From a virus (Duplodnaviria > Caudoviricetes), in IMG/VR virus record IMGVR_UViG_3300011724_000025, positions 1 to 64,000 of that record: DNA of 64,000 nucleotides; one strand, given 5' to 3'. Of this stretch, positions 61,963-64,000 are shown in pieces (positions within the stretch are counted from its first letter, which is position 1; each line of letters begins with the position of its first letter). The notes beneath the pieces were generated by a model. It ran no database searches. It was given only the letters and a program-made list of their open reading frames with translations, and was not told where the DNA came from. The position numbers and the translations under genes were made by a program.

Positions 61963-63216
61963 CTATACAATTAGTTTTTCAGTTGGATCATATTTAAAAA
62001 TGAAACCGTCCTTTAAACTGCTATGATATCCTTGTATTTTTGCAAGTTCTCGTTTGACCTCTGCAAATTCCTGTTTTGATAATTCATTTTTTACTTTTAC
62101 AATATAAATAACTTTTTTGTTATCAAACGGGCTTTTATCCTCCATGATATCATACTCAATAATTGGTTTAACCTTTTCTTTAGGCTCTTCTGGTGGAGTT
62201 TCTGTTCTTATATATTCTTCTGCTTCTGGTTTACTCGATAAATCAGAGTTTAATAATTCTATTGGATTTGATTTGAATATAAAGCCATGTTTGAAGCGAG
62301 AATAGTAACCGCCGATTGACTTCATGTACTGATTTACTTTTATATACTCTTCACGGTCTAACTTTTCTACAACTTTTACAACCCATATTTTAGAATTGTC
62401 TCTTGTGTCGGTGTCTTCCGCAATATCGTAAGTACAGTTATTATCAATGCTTTCTATTTCCTTACAAGCTTCTGTTTTTGTCTGACTAGATGCATTATTG
62501 ATTCTTGCCGTTTTTTCCACTACTTTGAAATCACTTGATACTTTACATCCAAAATAATAGAAATCAACGTGAAAATAATCGGTCATAGCGTCGCAATCGT
62601 TGTAATTGTAGCTATTTACTTCTCTATTTACATCCTCTATGACCGCCGATGTTCCATCATTATACACTTTGTAAAAATCAGATTTGTCCCAAGCTTCAAG
62701 AATGGCTGTTTTTAATTCATGGTCAAACCATGAATCTTTATTGAATAAATGGTTTGCTCTAAGTTGCCTATGAATATTGTTAATATCATCTTTTGTCAAC
62801 TCGTCATAATTCTTATATAATCCGTGAGGTGCTTCTTTTAATTCGATATGAATTTCTGAACACATAGAAGCGTGTGAATATCTTATTGAAAATTTATAAG
62901 TCGGATATATTTCTTTTACATAAGTTCTAATTAATGAGGCAACTTCTTTTGTAGAACGGCTCCAATCGTGTTTTGAACCTTTCCAACCATACGCGGTATA
63001 AAATTCGCTTCTAGTGCTGTCTGCTGTTTCTTTAGTGGGTTCCGGTGCTGTTACGTTGTATTTGTACTTCCAGATAGGAAAAAGCTGATCATATTCGCCG
63101 TTAATCGCTTTCATGACTTCTGGATCGCCGCCAGCGTCTGGGTGATTCTTTCTTGCCAATGCCTTAAACTGATTCTTTAAATCCTCAAATGATTTTATAT
63201 CTTTAAAATGCTTCAT
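61963..63216 (-). CDS. J-domain protein with polyvalent-protein-like middle domain and duplicated C-terminal domain
   Basis: LARKNHPDAGG (HPD); YPTYKFSIR...SYNYNDCDAMTDYFHVDFY; two copies of YDI.ED.....I..VKV...L...E...V......I.GY.S..K.GFIFK..P. Confidence 0.75.
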   Translation of the reverse strand: MKHFKDIKSFEDLKNQFKALARKNHPDAGGDPEVMKAINGEYDQLFPIWKYKYNVTAPEPTKETADSTRSEFYTAYGWKGSKHDWSRSTKEVASLIRTYVKEIYPTYKFSIRYSHASMCSEIHIELKEAPHGLYKNYDELTKDDINNIHRQLRANHLFNKDSWFDHELKTAILEAWDKSDFYKVYNDGTSAVIEDVNREVNSYNYNDCDAMTDYFHVDFYYFGCKVSSDFKVVEKTARINNASSQTKTEACKEIESIDNNCTYDIAEDTDTRDNSKIWVVKVVEKLDREEYIKVNQYMKSIGGYYSRFKHGFIFKSNPIELLNSDLSSKPEAEEYIRTETPPEEPKEKVKPIIEYDIMEDKSPFDNKKVIYIVKVKNELSKQEFAEVKRELAKIQGYHSSLKDGFIFKYDPTEKLIV

Positions 63217-64000
63217 AGTTCCACCTTTTACCTTTCATTATGTAAGTTCATTTATTCCCACTATAAAAGCCACCGGAACGCTGTCCGATGACTTCTGACT
63301 AGAAATAATATTATTTATCCCATACAATAGAATCTATCTCGCACATGTCGTTAGCATAACCCACATATTTATTGCCAGGATAACCAACGCCCTTTCCCTC
63401 AAATATCGGGAAACGTTTAAAATCCGCAGACGCTCCGCATATGAACATATTTCTTTTAGCTAAATACTCAACAAGATTTTTATGATTTTCATTACATGTT
63501 ATAATCTTTGTTCTTAGCTCCTCTCTCATTTCTCAACCTCCAAATAAAAGAATAGTTTCAAAGACTTATCATATATTGATCGTCATTCTGTTTTACTGTA
63601 AAGCTAAAGCCTTGAAAATAATCTGCAAGTGATTTATCATCAATAGTCACTTTCCCGTCAAAGCGCAAACAATCAATTAAAAACCCCATGTTCTTATAAG
63701 TATCGTAAGACAATTTTCTTTTTTCTAACTCTGAATCGGAATCTATTTTTTGATAATCATGCAACATATTATTAAATATCTCCGCTGTTTTGTCTGTATG
63801 TTTAAACATTTCTCTCATTTTTATCCACTTTCTACCTCGCATTTAACCAAGGATTTATTTGAAATAAGAATTTTATTCAGCCATCGCATTTATATATTCG
63901 CTATCATTCCATGTAAAAATACAATTTTTGTATACATCTTCCATATCAATTTTCATAGAATCGAAATTCACATACCGAATGCATTTTTTAATTCCCACAG

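Larger units (their letters stand above)
8012..63875. repeat. dispersed 16-bp palindromic junction site TRAAA-N6-TTTYA (class A)
   Basis: Perfect copies start at 9331, 11243, 13324, 13732, 17124, 19107, 19734, 22274, 34097, 38819, 39690, 41806, 43925, 51752, 52876, 53429, 56651, 57182, 63545, 63860. One mismatch at 8012, 12036, 12815, 14007, 14250, 40141, 42103, 43206, 52008, 53982, 54627, 55964, 57901, 58167, 60291. Two mismatches at 18203, 19058, 43454, 52334, 54429, 55123, 59675. All lie at gene junctions. Confidence 0.9.
227..64000. mobile_element. SPbeta-like large prophage (continues beyond the window)
   Basis: Integrase next to a tRNA, phage-type replication and nucleotide-metabolism genes, dense co-oriented small ORFs, repressor region; no host housekeeping genes after position 226. 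Confidence 0.92.

Noticed and set aside
1780-62305. Numerous plus-strand ORFs of 60-130 aa in the track (e.g. 1780-2139, 4435-4761, 34434-34775, 59981-60358)
   Set aside because: They lie antisense to well-supported minus-strand genes, lack SDs and have no recognisable motifs; treated as shadow ORFs.
8012-63875. Junction palindromes as intrinsic terminators or a CRISPR-like array
   Set aside because: 5-bp A/T stems are too weak for terminators; spacing is irregular and gene-sized with no constant repeat-spacer period and no cas operon.

Overview
Left part (about 64 kb) of a large SPbeta-like temperate prophage from a low-GC Firmicute (Clostridia/Lachnospiraceae-like). It is integrated at the 3' end of a host tRNA-Gly(CCC) (156-226), and almost all genes read on the minus strand toward the integrase. 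Recognisable modules: integrase; nucleotide metabolism (dUTPase, NrdG, NrdD split by a group I intron with an HNH homing endonuclease, glutaredoxin, ThyX-like); an SPbeta-type replication block (LigA, HD hydrolase, ERCC4 nuclease, DnaE, nuclease, primase, DnaB, Sak4-like ATPase, SSB-like); an ABC transporter/PspA-like/SBP-OmpA operon; and a lysis-lysogeny control region (XRE repressor, orphan MazF, LexA-boxed promoter, tRNA-Gln-like gene, sigma-DUF262 fusion, two antisense sRNA candidates). The most striking feature is non-coding. The accessory-gene tracts are divided at gene junctions by about 40 copies of a 16-bp palindrome, TRAAA-N6-TTTYA, with a freely varying 6-bp spacer, plus a second 14-bp site family. 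I found no copies at junctions inside the core modules. The architecture resembles an integron-like gene-cassette array, and a catalytic-domain-only tyrosine recombinase (50539-51342) is the candidate enzyme. All motif scans were done by eye.
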